A stretch of DNA of 64,000 nucleotides from an uncultured Actinomycetota bacterium (lineage in GTDB: Bacteria > Actinomycetota > Actinomycetes > Propionibacteriales > Nocardioidaceae). The position numbers and the translations under genes are program-made. Position 1 is the first letter of the stretch. Each line of letters begins with the position of its first letter. Under the pieces are notes generated by a model. It saw only the letters and a list, made by a program, of their open reading frames with translations. It was not told the DNA's origin and did no database searches. Positions 22,276-33,378 of this stretch are shown here, one piece after another. The DNA lies in assembly GCA_963762105.1 (NCBI GenBank), contig CAVXJG010000012.1, forward strand, positions 32,922-96,921, read 5' to 3'.

Positions 22276-23081
22276 CCCTGTCCACCCTCACCCGTCGCGT
22301 GCTCGCCGTCAGCACCGCACTGGCGCTGCTGTTCGTCTACGCACCCCTGGCGCTGGTGGTGGTCAACTCGTTCAACGTCTCGCGCACGTTCGCCTGGCCG
22401 CCGCCGGGGTTCACCACCCAGTGGTGGAAGGCGGCTTTCGAGTCGCAGGGTGCGCGGGACGCGATCTGGACGTCGGTGCAGGTCGCCCTGCTCGCGACCT
22501 TGATCGCGCTGGTGCTCGGGACGATGGCGGCGCTGGCGCTGCAGCGGTTCGACTTCTTCGGCCGCGACTTCGTCTCGCTGCTGATCATCCTGCCGATCGC
22601 GCTGCCGGGCGTGGTGACCGGCGTCGCCTTGGCCAACTTCTTCACCACCATGATCGGCATCAAGCTGGGCTTCTTCACCCTGATCGTGTCGCACGCGACG
22701 TTCTGCATCGTCACCGTCTTCAACAACGCCGTGGCGCGGCTGAGGCGCCTCGGCGGCAACCTCGAGGAGGCGTCGATGGATCTCGGCGCCGGCACCTTCC
22801 GGACGTTCTTCAAGATCACCCTGCCGATGTTGCGCTCGTCGTTGCTCGCGGGCTGCCTGCTGTCGTTCGCGCTGAGCTTCGACGAGATCATCGTGACCAC
22901 GTTCACCGTCGGCCAGGGCATCCAGACGCTGCCGATCTGGATCTACCAGAACCTGTTCCGCCCCAACCAGGCCCCCGTGGTCAACGTGGTGGCCGCGGTG
23001 CTGATCCTCCTCTCGGTGATCCCCATCTGGCTGGCCCAGAAGCTCGCCGGCACCGACGAGAGCGTCGCCGCCGCCCGCTGA
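22272..23081 (+). CDS. ABC permease (PotC-like)
   Basis: LEEASMDLGA, SFDE; ATGA overlap with the previous gene. Confidence 0.9.
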   Translation: MTLSTLTRRVLAVSTALALLFVYAPLALVVVNSFNVSRTFAWPPPGFTTQWWKAAFESQGARDAIWTSVQVALLATLIALVLGTMAALALQRFDFFGRDFVSLLIILPIALPGVVTGVALANFFTTMIGIKLGFFTLIVSHATFCIVTVFNNAVARLRRLGGNLEEASMDLGAGTFRTFFKITLPMLRSSLLAGCLLSFALSFDEIIVTTFTVGQGIQTLPIWIYQNLFRPNQAPVVNVVAAVLILLSVIPIWLAQKLAGTDESVAAAR

Positions 23082-23087
23082 CGCACT

Positions 23088-23153
23088 CCGCTGGTTGAGG
23101 TCGCTTGTTCGTTGGTTGAGGTGCGAGGAGCGCCAGCGACGAGCCTCGAAACC
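23088..23153 (-). repeat. Half plus full REP-like repeat, downstream flank of the GIY-YIG gene
   Basis: ccgctggttgagg, then cgttggttgaggtgcga...gagcctcgaaacc. Confidence 0.85.
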
Positions 23154-23157
23154 AGTC

Positions 23158-23457
23158 TCAGCGAGCGTCTCGCCTCGCCGTGGGGCGGCTGGCCAGCTCC
23201 GGAAGAGCATCGAAGTCGCCGCGGATCAAGGCTTCACGCTTGGCTCGACTCCATCCCTGGATCTGCTTCTCGACTGCAAACGCTGCGCCAACATGCTCGA
23301 ACTCCGCAGACCAGACCAGTTCCACCGGCCGCCGTCGTCGCGTGTACGCCGCACCACCGTCCCCCTCGTTGTGTTGCCACAGCCGCCAGGCGAGGTCGGT
23401 AGTGCTGCCCACGTAGTAAGAACCGTCGGAACACCGAACCATGTAGGTGAACGCCAT
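23158..23457 (-). CDS. Stand-alone GIY-YIG nuclease (UPF0213/YhbQ-like)
   Basis: FTYMVRCSDGSYYVGST...RLWQHN...YTRRRRPV...AFAVEKQIQGWSRAKREALI. Confidence 0.9.
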   Translation of the reverse strand: MAFTYMVRCSDGSYYVGSTTDLAWRLWQHNEGDGGAAYTRRRRPVELVWSAEFEHVGAAFAVEKQIQGWSRAKREALIRGDFDALPELASRPTARRDAR

Positions 23458-23521
23458 GGACGTCAGCATGCGCCACCGTGCGCCACGCTGCAGGCAGGGG
23501 TCCCTACGCCTGTGGACAGGT

Positions 23522-23585
23522 GGTTTCGAGGCTCGCAAGCTCGCACCCTCAACCACCGAAGGTCGGTCGTCTCCTCAACCAGCGG
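23522..23585 (+). repeat. Full plus half REP-like repeat, upstream flank of the GIY-YIG gene
   Basis: ggtttcgaggctcgcaagctcgcaccctcaaccaccg, then cctcaaccagcgg. Confidence 0.85.
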
Positions 23586-24384
23586 TGAGCCGGCCCAGGA
23601 CAAGGTCCATGGAGCCGAAGGTGGTGTCGCCGTGGCCGGCTCCTGGGAGCACCGTCAACGTCGCGTTCGGGAGGAGCTCGGCCAGTCGGTGGCCGTGGTG
23701 CAACGGCACCATCTGGTCGGCCTCCCCGTAGAACAGGTCGACGGGCGTGGTCACCGCCGACAGGTCGACGTCCCAGCGACCGCCCCAGGCGACGTTGTCC
23801 CGGGCGAAGCCGTCGGACGGTGCCAGGGCCCGCCGGAGGTCCGCGAAGAACGTCGCCGCCTCGGTCGGGCGCTCGTCGAAGTAGTGCTCGTTGGCCGGTA
23901 CGTCGGACTTCATCGCCGCCTGGAATCCGTCGTCGTCGAGCTCCAGGAGCTTGGCGGCGAACTCGGCCACCTCGGCGGTGACTGTCGCCAGAGGCTCAGC
24001 CTCGCCCTCGGTGGGCCCGGGCCCGGCGGCCACCACCACTCGCGTGACCCGGTCGGGTGCGGCGGCCGCCGTCGCCAGCGCATAGGGACCGCCACCGGAG
24101 GAGCCGAAGGTGCCGAACGACGACCAGCCCAACAGGTCGGCCAGCTCGACGACCTGCCGGCCGACGGACGCCAGGCTCGGCGGGGTGAGCGACGAAGCGC
24201 CGTAGCCGGGTCGGCTGACCGACACCAGTCGTACGCCGTGACGCCGGGCGGCGTCGCCCAGCAGCACGCCTCCACCGGCCGTGCTGGGCGCGCCCGGCTG
24301 GTAGATCACCGGGACTCCGTCGGGGTCGCCGAGGTCGACGTACTCCAGGACCTGTCCGCTCGCCAGGCGAGCCTCCGTGAACAC
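23575..24384 (-). CDS. Alpha/beta hydrolase
   Basis: GSSGGG nucleophile elbow, GEADQMVP, GAGHG. Confidence 0.88.
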   Translation of the reverse strand: MFTEARLASGQVLEYVDLGDPDGVPVIYQPGAPSTAGGGVLLGDAARRHGVRLVSVSRPGYGASSLTPPSLASVGRQVVELADLLGWSSFGTFGSSGGGPYALATAAAAPDRVTRVVVAAGPGPTEGEAEPLATVTAEVAEFAAKLLELDDDGFQAAMKSDVPANEHYFDERPTEAATFFADLRRALAPSDGFARDNVAWGGRWDVDLSAVTTPVDLFYGEADQMVPLHHGHRLAELLPNATLTVLPGAGHGDTTFGSMDLVLGRLTAG

Positions 24385-24399
24385 GAGCCGAGCGTAGGC

Positions 24400-26257
<1,858 letters not shown>

Positions 26258-26393
26258 GCGTCCTCCCGAGAAGTGGCGGTCATCCCACCCTCGCGCGGAT
26301 AGACACGGATGTCGACCGCCCACTGGGGTGGCGGTGGTGAGGTGACAGGGCTATTTTGCCGAGATCCCCCCTCTCCGCCGAGAGGACAACCCC

Positions 26394-27872
26394 GTGCCCG
26401 AGACCCGCCCGTTCGACCGCCGCACCATCCTGAAGACCAGCGCCGCGATCGCGGCGGCCGGCCCCTTCGCCGGACTCGTCGCCGCGCCCGCCCATGCCCG
26501 TCTCGCCCCGCTGGCCGCGGCACTCGTGCCGGTGCCAGACGCGCGGGACGGCAAGGTCCGGCTGCACCTGCCTCCTGGCTTCAGCTACCGGTCGTTCCAC
26601 GACACGGAGCTGCCGGTGACCCTGACCGACGGGACCGCCTTGCCCGGCCGGCACGACGGCATGGGCGCCTTCAAGGGTCCTGGTGGGACGTCGATCCTGG
26701 TCCGCAACCACGAGATCAACGGCGCGCGGCCGGCCTTCGGCCCGGGGACGCCGTACGACGCGATGGCCGGCGGCGGGACCACCACCGTCCACGTGTCCAG
26801 GCACGGCGAGGTGGTCAGCGCTTTCACCAGCCTCAACGGGACGATGATGAACTGCTCCGGCGGCCAGATGCCCTGGGGGTCCTGGGTGACGTGCGAGGAG
26901 ACCATCAACGGTCCCGACGTCGGCCCCGACTTCACGGGCGTCCCCAACGTCGCGCTCACCAAGCCGCACGGCTACGTCTTCGAGGTTCCGGCCAGCCGGT
27001 TCGCGGGCGAGGGCCAGTCGACGCGGCAGCCGATCCGGCAAGCCGGCCGGTTCGCGCATGAGGCGGTGTCCTTCGACCCGAAGGGCGGTCACCTCTACCT
27101 GACCGAGGACAACTTCGGCTTCGCCTCCGGCTTCTACCGCTACACCCCGCCCGCGCACCCGATGGAGGTCGGGGAGCTCCGCGACGGCGGCACCCTGCAC
27201 ATGCTCAAGGTCAAGGGCGTGCACAACGCGCACCTGGAGGGCACCCAGGTCGCCGACACCGAGTACGCCGTCGAGTGGGTCGAGATCGAGACCCCCGACG
27301 TGGTCTATCCCTACACGCCCGGACAGACCGCGCCGACGACCAACAACACCGCCCTCATCCATGTGGGGAGCCAGGGCTGGGCCAAGGGCGCCGCCTTCTT
27401 CTCGCGGCTCGAGGGGCAGGTCTTCAGCAAGGGCTCCGTCTACTTCACCTCGACCCAGGGCGGCGGCGCCGCCGAGACCAGCTCGACGGCGGGCGACGCA
27501 GGCGGGTTCGGCAACGGCTCGGGGCAGGTCTGGGCCTATGACCCGGACGCGCAAAGCCTGCGCGTGGTCTACCAGTCGCCGGACGCCGCCACCCTCGACT
27601 TCCCCGACAACATCACCACGTCCAACCGCGGGACCCTGGTGCTCTGCGAGGACAACGTCAACGACAACTTCATCCGTGGGCTCTCACCGGAGGGCGACCT
27701 GTGGGACATCGCGCTCAACCGGCTGGTCAGCCGCACGGGCGCGGACCGGTCCAACGACGAGTTCGCCGGATCGACGTTCAGCCACACGGGCCAGACACTC
27801 TTCGTGAACATCCAGGCCGGTGCCGGGATGACGTTCGCGATCTGGGGCCCGTGGGGGTCGATCGGGGTCTGA
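26394..27872 (+). CDS. phoX: PhoX family (DUF839) alkaline phosphatase, Tat-exported
   Basis: DRRTILK Tat motif; NCSGG, TCEE, GRFAHE, PDN, LCED, EFAG. Confidence 0.85.
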   Translation: MPETRPFDRRTILKTSAAIAAAGPFAGLVAAPAHARLAPLAAALVPVPDARDGKVRLHLPPGFSYRSFHDTELPVTLTDGTALPGRHDGMGAFKGPGGTSILVRNHEINGARPAFGPGTPYDAMAGGGTTTVHVSRHGEVVSAFTSLNGTMMNCSGGQMPWGSWVTCEETINGPDVGPDFTGVPNVALTKPHGYVFEVPASRFAGEGQSTRQPIRQAGRFAHEAVSFDPKGGHLYLTEDNFGFASGFYRYTPPAHPMEVGELRDGGTLHMLKVKGVHNAHLEGTQVADTEYAVEWVEIETPDVVYPYTPGQTAPTTNNTALIHVGSQGWAKGAAFFSRLEGQVFSKGSVYFTSTQGGGAAETSSTAGDAGGFGNGSGQVWAYDPDAQSLRVVYQSPDAATLDFPDNITTSNRGTLVLCEDNVNDNFIRGLSPEGDLWDIALNRLVSRTGADRSNDEFAGSTFSHTGQTLFVNIQAGAGMTFAIWGPWGSIGV

Positions 27873-27878
27873 CCGAGG

Positions 27879-29426
27879 TCAGTCGGTGAGCGGTGCGGCG
27901 GCGTACGACGCCAGCTCGCCGGCCAGGTCCTCGTGGGCGCGCCCGCGGACCAGCGTGCCCTCGCCGGTGTGCTCCATCGTGGTGATCTCGCCTTGCTGGT
28001 GGATCCGGTTGATGAGGTCGCCGCGCTCGTAGGGCACCAGCGCCTCGAACGCCACACCGGGCCTGGGCAGCTCCGACTCGATCACGCGCAGGGCGTCGTC
28101 GATGCCTTCGCCGGTCTTGGCCGAGACGACGATCGAGTGCGGCTCGCGCTGGCGCAGCCGCGCGATCACCATCGGGTCGGCGGCGTCGGCCTTGTTGATG
28201 ACGATGACCTCGGGCACCTTGTCGGCGCCGATCTCGGCGAACACCTCGCGCACCGCGGCGATCTGGCCCTCGGGGTCGGGGTGCGAGCCGTCGACGACGT
28301 GCAGCACCAGGTCGGAGTCGGCCACCTCCTCCAGCGTCGAGCGGAACGCCTCGACGAGCTGGTGGGGCAGGTGGCGGACGAAGCCCACCGTGTCGCTCAT
28401 CGTGTAGACGCGGCCGTCGGTGGTCGTCGTACGCCGCGTCGTCGGGTCGAGGGTGGCGAACAGCGAGTCGTCGACCAGCACGCCCGCACCGGTCAGCCGG
28501 TTGAGCAGCGAGGACTTGCCGGCGTTGGTGTAGCCGGCGATGGCCACCGACGGGATCGCGTGGCGGGTGCGCTCCTGCCGCTTGGTGTCGCGGGTGCCCT
28601 TCATCGCGGCCAGCTCGCGGCGCAGCTTGGCGATCTTGGTGTTGATGCGCCGGCGGTCGGTCTCGATCTTGGTCTCACCGGGACCACGGCCGCCGATGCC
28701 GCCGCCGTCGGCGCCGACGCGGCCACCGGCCTGGCGGGAGAGCTGGCCACCCCAACCGCGCAGCCGCTGCTTCATGTAGTTCAGCTGGGCCAGCTCGACC
28801 TGCGCCTGGCCCTCCGCGGACTTCGCGTGCTGGGCGAAGATGTCGAGGATCAGGGCCGTGCGGTCGACGACCTTGACCTTGAGCCGGTCCTCGAGGTTCC
28901 TCAGCTGGCTGGGCGCGAGCTCGCCGTCGCAGATGACGGTGTCGGCGCCGGTGGCCTGCACGATCTCGCGGATCCCGTCGACCTTGCCGCGGCCGACGTA
29001 CGTCGCCGGGTCGGGCTTGTTGCGGCGCTGGTAGATCGCCTCGAGCACCTCGGAGCCGGCCGTCTCGGCCAGCAGCGCGAGCTCGGCCATGGAGTTCTCG
29101 GCGTCCTCGACGGTGCCGCCGGTCCAGACGCCCACCAGGACGACCCGCTCCAGCAGCAGCTGCCGATACTCGACCTCGCTGATGTCCTGCAGCTCGGTCG
29201 ACAGGCCGGCGACGCGGCGCAGGGCGTGCCGTTCGGCGAGGTCCTTGGCGCCGGGGCTGAGCTCGGCCTCGGGGTCTTCCTCGGGGTCGGGCTCGTCGGC
29301 GTACCCCGATCGCCACTCGACGGCGTCGGTGTCGTCGGAGTCGGAGGTTTCGTCGTCGAGGTCCCAGCCGGCCGTCTCGTCGAGCTCGGCGTCGAGGGTG
29401 AAGTCGTGGTCGTGTGCGTTCGTCAT
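27879..29426 (-). CDS. hflX: GTPase HflX
   Basis: GYTNAGKS, LFATLD, DTVGF, NKAD, RGPGETKIE. Confidence 0.96.
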   Translation of the reverse strand: MTNAHDHDFTLDAELDETAGWDLDDETSDSDDTDAVEWRSGYADEPDPEEDPEAELSPGAKDLAERHALRRVAGLSTELQDISEVEYRQLLLERVVLVGVWTGGTVEDAENSMAELALLAETAGSEVLEAIYQRRNKPDPATYVGRGKVDGIREIVQATGADTVICDGELAPSQLRNLEDRLKVKVVDRTALILDIFAQHAKSAEGQAQVELAQLNYMKQRLRGWGGQLSRQAGGRVGADGGGIGGRGPGETKIETDRRRINTKIAKLRRELAAMKGTRDTKRQERTRHAIPSVAIAGYTNAGKSSLLNRLTGAGVLVDDSLFATLDPTTRRTTTTDGRVYTMSDTVGFVRHLPHQLVEAFRSTLEEVADSDLVLHVVDGSHPDPEGQIAAVREVFAEIGADKVPEVIVINKADAADPMVIARLRQREPHSIVVSAKTGEGIDDALRVIESELPRPGVAFEALVPYERGDLINRIHQQGEITTMEHTGEGTLVRGRAHEDLAGELASYAAAPLTD

Positions 29427-29479
29427 GTCCCTCCAGGGTAGGTCGGGTGTGCTGAATCCCGCGAACTCATTAGCCGGTC

Positions 29480-29614
29480 ATGAGCCGGCGGTACGCCGCG
29501 ACCCATCCGTGGTTCTCCGTCCGGCGGCTCGACGCCCGCAGCCACTTCCCGATGTTCGAGGTACCCGAGGACATGGTCGCGGCAATCGAGGAGTTCACGC
29601 GATCCTTGGGATGA
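29480..29614 (+). pseudogene. C-terminal remnant of an alpha/beta-hydrolase-fold protein (Hod/Qdo-like)
   Basis: Manual translation MSRRYAATHPWFSVRRLDARSHFPMFEVPEDMVAAIEEFTRSLG; HPWFS and HFP catalytic-His segment. Confidence 0.55.
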
Positions 29615-29715
29615 TCGACCTCGTGACCTAACTCCGATTCGTCTGCGTCGCCCGGCGGAGAAAGTCACGGTGATCCGCAGACGAATCGGTGCTGGCCGTC
29701 TGGAACAGTGCTCCC

Positions 29716-32223
29716 GTGGCCGCCGTGCAACTGCCTGACCGTGCTCGCGTCGTCGTCATCGGGGGCGGGGTCATCGGCGCGTCGATCGCCTACCACCTCG
29801 CCCATCTCGGCTGGGGCGACGACGTGGTGCTGTTGGAGCGCGACCGGCTGACGAGCGGTACGACGTGGCACGCGGCCGGGCTGATGACCTGCTTCGGCTC
29901 GTTCTCCGAGACGAGCACCGCCATCCGGCTCTACTCGCGAGATCTCTACGCGAAGCTGGAGGCCGAGACCGGCCAGGCGACGGGCTTCAAGCCCGTCGGG
30001 CTGATCGAGGCGGCGGCCGACGCCGACCGGCTCGAGGAGTACCGCCGTGTCGCGGCGTTCCAGCGGCACCTCGGGCTCGAGGTCGACGAGATCTCCCCGC
30101 GCGAGATGAGCGACCTGTTCCCGTGGGCGAAGACGGACGACCTGCTGGCCGGCTTCCACGTGCCCGGCGACGGGCGGGTCAACCCCGTCGACCTGACCAC
30201 CGCGCTGGCCAGGGGCGCGCGGCAGCTCGGCGTACGCATCCTCGAGGGGGTGCGGGTGACCGACGTCCTGACGGAGACCAGCGGGCAGATCGAGTCGGTG
30301 ACCGGGGTCGCGGTCGGCGGGTCTCGACACGGGCTCGCAAGCTCGCCCGGCTCGACCACCGAAGGCGTCGTCGAGTGCGAGTACGTCGTCAACGCCACTG
30401 GCATGTGGGCCCGCGAGCTGGCGGAGCGCTCGGGGGTCGTGGTGCCCAACACCGCCGCCGAGCACTACTACCTGATCACCGACACCATCGACGGTCTCAC
30501 CTCGGATGCGCCGATCTTCGAGGACCCGGCGTCCTACGGCTACTACCGCGAGGAGGGCGGCGGGATGATGGTCGGCCTCTTCGAGCCGCGCGCCGCGGCC
30601 TGGAACCCGGGCAGCATCCCCGCCGACGCGTCGTTCCTGACCCTGCCGCCCGATTGGGAGCGGATGTCGCCCTTCCTCGAGAAGGCGATGGAACGGGTGC
30701 CGGTGACGCTCGACGCCGGCGTGCGCACGTTCTTCTGCGGTCCCGAGTCGTTCACGCCCGACCTGTCCCCCATCGTCGGCGAGGCGCCGGGGATGCGCGG
30801 CTACTTCGTCGCGGCCGGCATGAACTCCGTCGGCATCCTCTCGGCCGGCGGCCTCGGTCGACTGCTCGCGCACTGGATCACGACCGGGCGTCCCGACGCC
30901 GACGTGACCGGCTTCGACGTCGACCGGTTCCGCGCCTACCAGGCCACGGAGTCCTACCGGTCGGCCCGCACGACCGAGATCCTCGGCACCGTCTACGCCG
31001 CCCACACGCCCGGCAAGCAGCTGCGCTCGGCCCGCGGCGCGAAGCTCTCGCCCGTGCACGACCGGCTCGTCGAGGCGGGTGGCTACCTCCGCGAGGTGTC
31101 CGGCTGGGAGGGCGCCGACTGGTTCGCCGGTCCTGGCGTCACCCCCGAAGCGGAGCCGACGTGGGGACGGGCGCCGTGGTTCGAGCAGTGGGAGGCCGAG
31201 CACCGGGCGATCCGCGAGCGCGTCGGGCTGATGGACATGTCGTTCATGTCGAAGTTCCGCGTCGCCGGCGCCGATGCCGGGGCGGTCCTGGACCAGGTGT
31301 CCGGCGGCGCGGTCGACGGCGATCCCGAGCGGATCACCTACACCCAGTGGCTCGACGACGCCGGCCACCTCGAGGCCGACCTGACCGTCACCAAGCTGGC
31401 CGAGGGCGACTTCTGGGTGGTCGCCTCCGACACCGCTCACGGGCATGCGCTGGCACGGATGCGGCGGTACGCCGGAGACGCCGACGTCACGATTGCCGAC
31501 GTCACCGAGGAGTACGCCCAGCTCAACGTGCAGGGTCCGCGGTCGCGCGACCTGCTGGCCACCCTCACCGACGCCGACCTCTCGACCGAGACGTTCCCCT
31601 TCCGCACGGCTCGCTGGGTCACGCTCGCGGGCTGCCAGGTGCTGCTGGTCAGGATCACGTACGTCGGGGAGCTGGGCTACGAGATCTACCTGCCGGCCGC
31701 CGACGCGCTGACCGTGTACGACGCAGTCGTCGACGCCGGCGAGCCCCTCGGGCTGGCCCTGGTCGGGCTGAAGTCGCTGGCGAGCCTGCGGATGGAGAAG
31801 GCCTATCGCGACTTCGGCCACGACATCGACAACACCGACGGGGTGCTTGAGGCCGGGCTCGGCTTCGCCGTCGACCTGACCAAGCCGTCCTTCATCGGAC
31901 GAGAAGCCGTGCTCGCGGCGAAGGAGGCCGGGCTGCCGACCCGCCGGCTGGTGCAGGTGCGGTTGACCGACCCCGAGCCGTTGCTCTTCCACGGCGAGCT
32001 GGTCTGCCGCGACGGCATTCCCGTGGGCTACATCCGGGCGGCGTCGTACGGCTGGACGCTGGGCGGGGCCGTCGGCCTGGCCATGCTCGACGCGGGCGAG
32101 ACCCTCAACGCCGACTGGCTCAAGGCGGGCGAGTGGACCGTCGACATCGCGGGCACGGCGTACGCCGCCGAGGTGTCGCTGCGGCCGATGTACGACCCGA
32201 CCAACGCCCGCATCAACGTCTGA
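29716..32223 (+). CDS. GcvT family FAD-dependent oxidoreductase (dimethylglycine/sarcosine dehydrogenase-like)
   Basis: IGGGVIG, SGTTWHAAG, GPESFTPD, ITYVGELGYE, SLRMEK. Confidence 0.9.
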   Translation: MAAVQLPDRARVVVIGGGVIGASIAYHLAHLGWGDDVVLLERDRLTSGTTWHAAGLMTCFGSFSETSTAIRLYSRDLYAKLEAETGQATGFKPVGLIEAAADADRLEEYRRVAAFQRHLGLEVDEISPREMSDLFPWAKTDDLLAGFHVPGDGRVNPVDLTTALARGARQLGVRILEGVRVTDVLTETSGQIESVTGVAVGGSRHGLASSPGSTTEGVVECEYVVNATGMWARELAERSGVVVPNTAAEHYYLITDTIDGLTSDAPIFEDPASYGYYREEGGGMMVGLFEPRAAAWNPGSIPADASFLTLPPDWERMSPFLEKAMERVPVTLDAGVRTFFCGPESFTPDLSPIVGEAPGMRGYFVAAGMNSVGILSAGGLGRLLAHWITTGRPDADVTGFDVDRFRAYQATESYRSARTTEILGTVYAAHTPGKQLRSARGAKLSPVHDRLVEAGGYLREVSGWEGADWFAGPGVTPEAEPTWGRAPWFEQWEAEHRAIRERVGLMDMSFMSKFRVAGADAGAVLDQVSGGAVDGDPERITYTQWLDDAGHLEADLTVTKLAEGDFWVVASDTAHGHALARMRRYAGDADVTIADVTEEYAQLNVQGPRSRDLLATLTDADLSTETFPFRTARWVTLAGCQVLLVRITYVGELGYEIYLPAADALTVYDAVVDAGEPLGLALVGLKSLASLRMEKAYRDFGHDIDNTDGVLEAGLGFAVDLTKPSFIGREAVLAAKEAGLPTRRLVQVRLTDPEPLLFHGELVCRDGIPVGYIRAASYGWTLGGAVGLAMLDAGETLNADWLKAGEWTVDIAGTAYAAEVSLRPMYDPTNARINV
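30320..30361 (+). repeat. REP-like repeat in frame inside the GcvT-family gene
   Basis: ggtctcgacacgggctcgcaagctcgcccggctcgaccaccg, encoding GSRHGLASSPGSTT. Confidence 0.85.
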
Positions 32224-32231
32224 CGGTTGCC

Positions 32232-33269
32232 ATGGAGTCCAGCGGAGCGAAGGGCCTCGCGCTCGCCCGCGACTACAGCGCCGAGGTGGTCGAGCCGCTG
32301 CTGACCCGCGCCCTGCCGGAGTTGCGTTTCGCCACCGCTCGCCTCGGCTCCGGCTCCGACGTGCTCGGTCTGGACGACGCCACATCCCGCGACCACGACT
32401 GGGGACTGCGGCTCACGGTGCTTGTCCCTGACGAGCACGTCGAGAGCGTTGACGCCGTGCTAGAGGCGGAGCTGCCCGAGTCCTGGCGCGGACATCGGAC
32501 GCGCTTCGCCACCACCTGGGAACCCACCGTGCGACAGCGAGCGGAGGTTGCCTCCCCGATCGGGTTCGCGCGCTCACGCACCGGGCTCACCCTCGACCGT
32601 GCGCCCGACATCGTCGAGTGGCTCTCGCTGACCGGTCAGGCCGTGCTCGAGGTGGCGGGCGGAGCGGTGTTCCGCGACGACACAGGCGAGCTCACCGCGA
32701 TCCGTGAACGGCTTGCGTGGTACCCGGACGAGGTCTGGCGGTTCGCCATCGCCGCCGACTGGGCGCGGCTCGGCCAGGAGCTGCCCTTCGTGGGGCGGAC
32801 GGGTCAGCGCGGCGACGAGGCCGGGTCCCGGATGCTGGCCGCGCGGCTGGCGCGCACCGCGATGCACCTGGGATTCCTGCTGGAGCGCCGCTGGCCGCCG
32901 TACGCGAAGTGGCTCGGTGCCGTCTACGCGACGCTGCCCAACACCGCCGGCATCGCCGCGGCGCTCGACCGTGCACTGGCGGCCGACGACTGGCCGGGGC
33001 GCGAGGACGCCCTCGTCGACGCGGTCGAGCGGCTCGCCGCCTTTCAAGGGGAGGTCGGGCTGCCGACGCTGCTGCCTGCGACCGAGCCGTTCTGGGATCG
33101 ACCGTTCCGGGGGCTACGCGACCTGACGGCGCCGTTGCTCGGCACCATCGGCGATCACGACCTCCGGCGAGCCCGACCGATCGGGACGGTCGAACAGTGG
33201 TCCGACAACGCCGATCTGCTGGTGGACGCCGACCGGCGGCTGGCGGCTACCAGGGCGTTGTTCGGCTAG
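32232..33269 (+). CDS. DUF4037 domain protein
   Basis: GSGSDVLGLDDATSRDHDWG, WYPDEVW, WPPYAKW. Confidence 0.8.
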   Translation: MESSGAKGLALARDYSAEVVEPLLTRALPELRFATARLGSGSDVLGLDDATSRDHDWGLRLTVLVPDEHVESVDAVLEAELPESWRGHRTRFATTWEPTVRQRAEVASPIGFARSRTGLTLDRAPDIVEWLSLTGQAVLEVAGGAVFRDDTGELTAIRERLAWYPDEVWRFAIAADWARLGQELPFVGRTGQRGDEAGSRMLAARLARTAMHLGFLLERRWPPYAKWLGAVYATLPNTAGIAAALDRALAADDWPGREDALVDAVERLAAFQGEVGLPTLLPATEPFWDRPFRGLRDLTAPLLGTIGDHDLRRARPIGTVEQWSDNADLLVDADRRLAATRALFG

Positions 33270-33278
33270 AAGCTGGGT

Positions 33279-33373
33279 GGTTTCGAGGCTCGGGCCTGGC
33301 GGCCCTCACACCTCAACCACCGAGACTTTCGGTGGTTGAGGTGCGAGGAGCGTTAGCGACGAGCCTCGAAACC
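33279..33373. repeat. Inverted pair of REP-like repeats between convergent genes
   Basis: ggtttcgaggctcg...cctcaaccaccg / cggtggttgaggtgcga...gagcctcgaaacc. Confidence 0.88.
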
Positions 33374-33378
33374 ACCGA

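Noticed and set aside
23088-23585. Classical IS element
   Set aside because: No DDE or HUH transposase motif and no target-site duplication seen; the ORF is a GIY-YIG nuclease.
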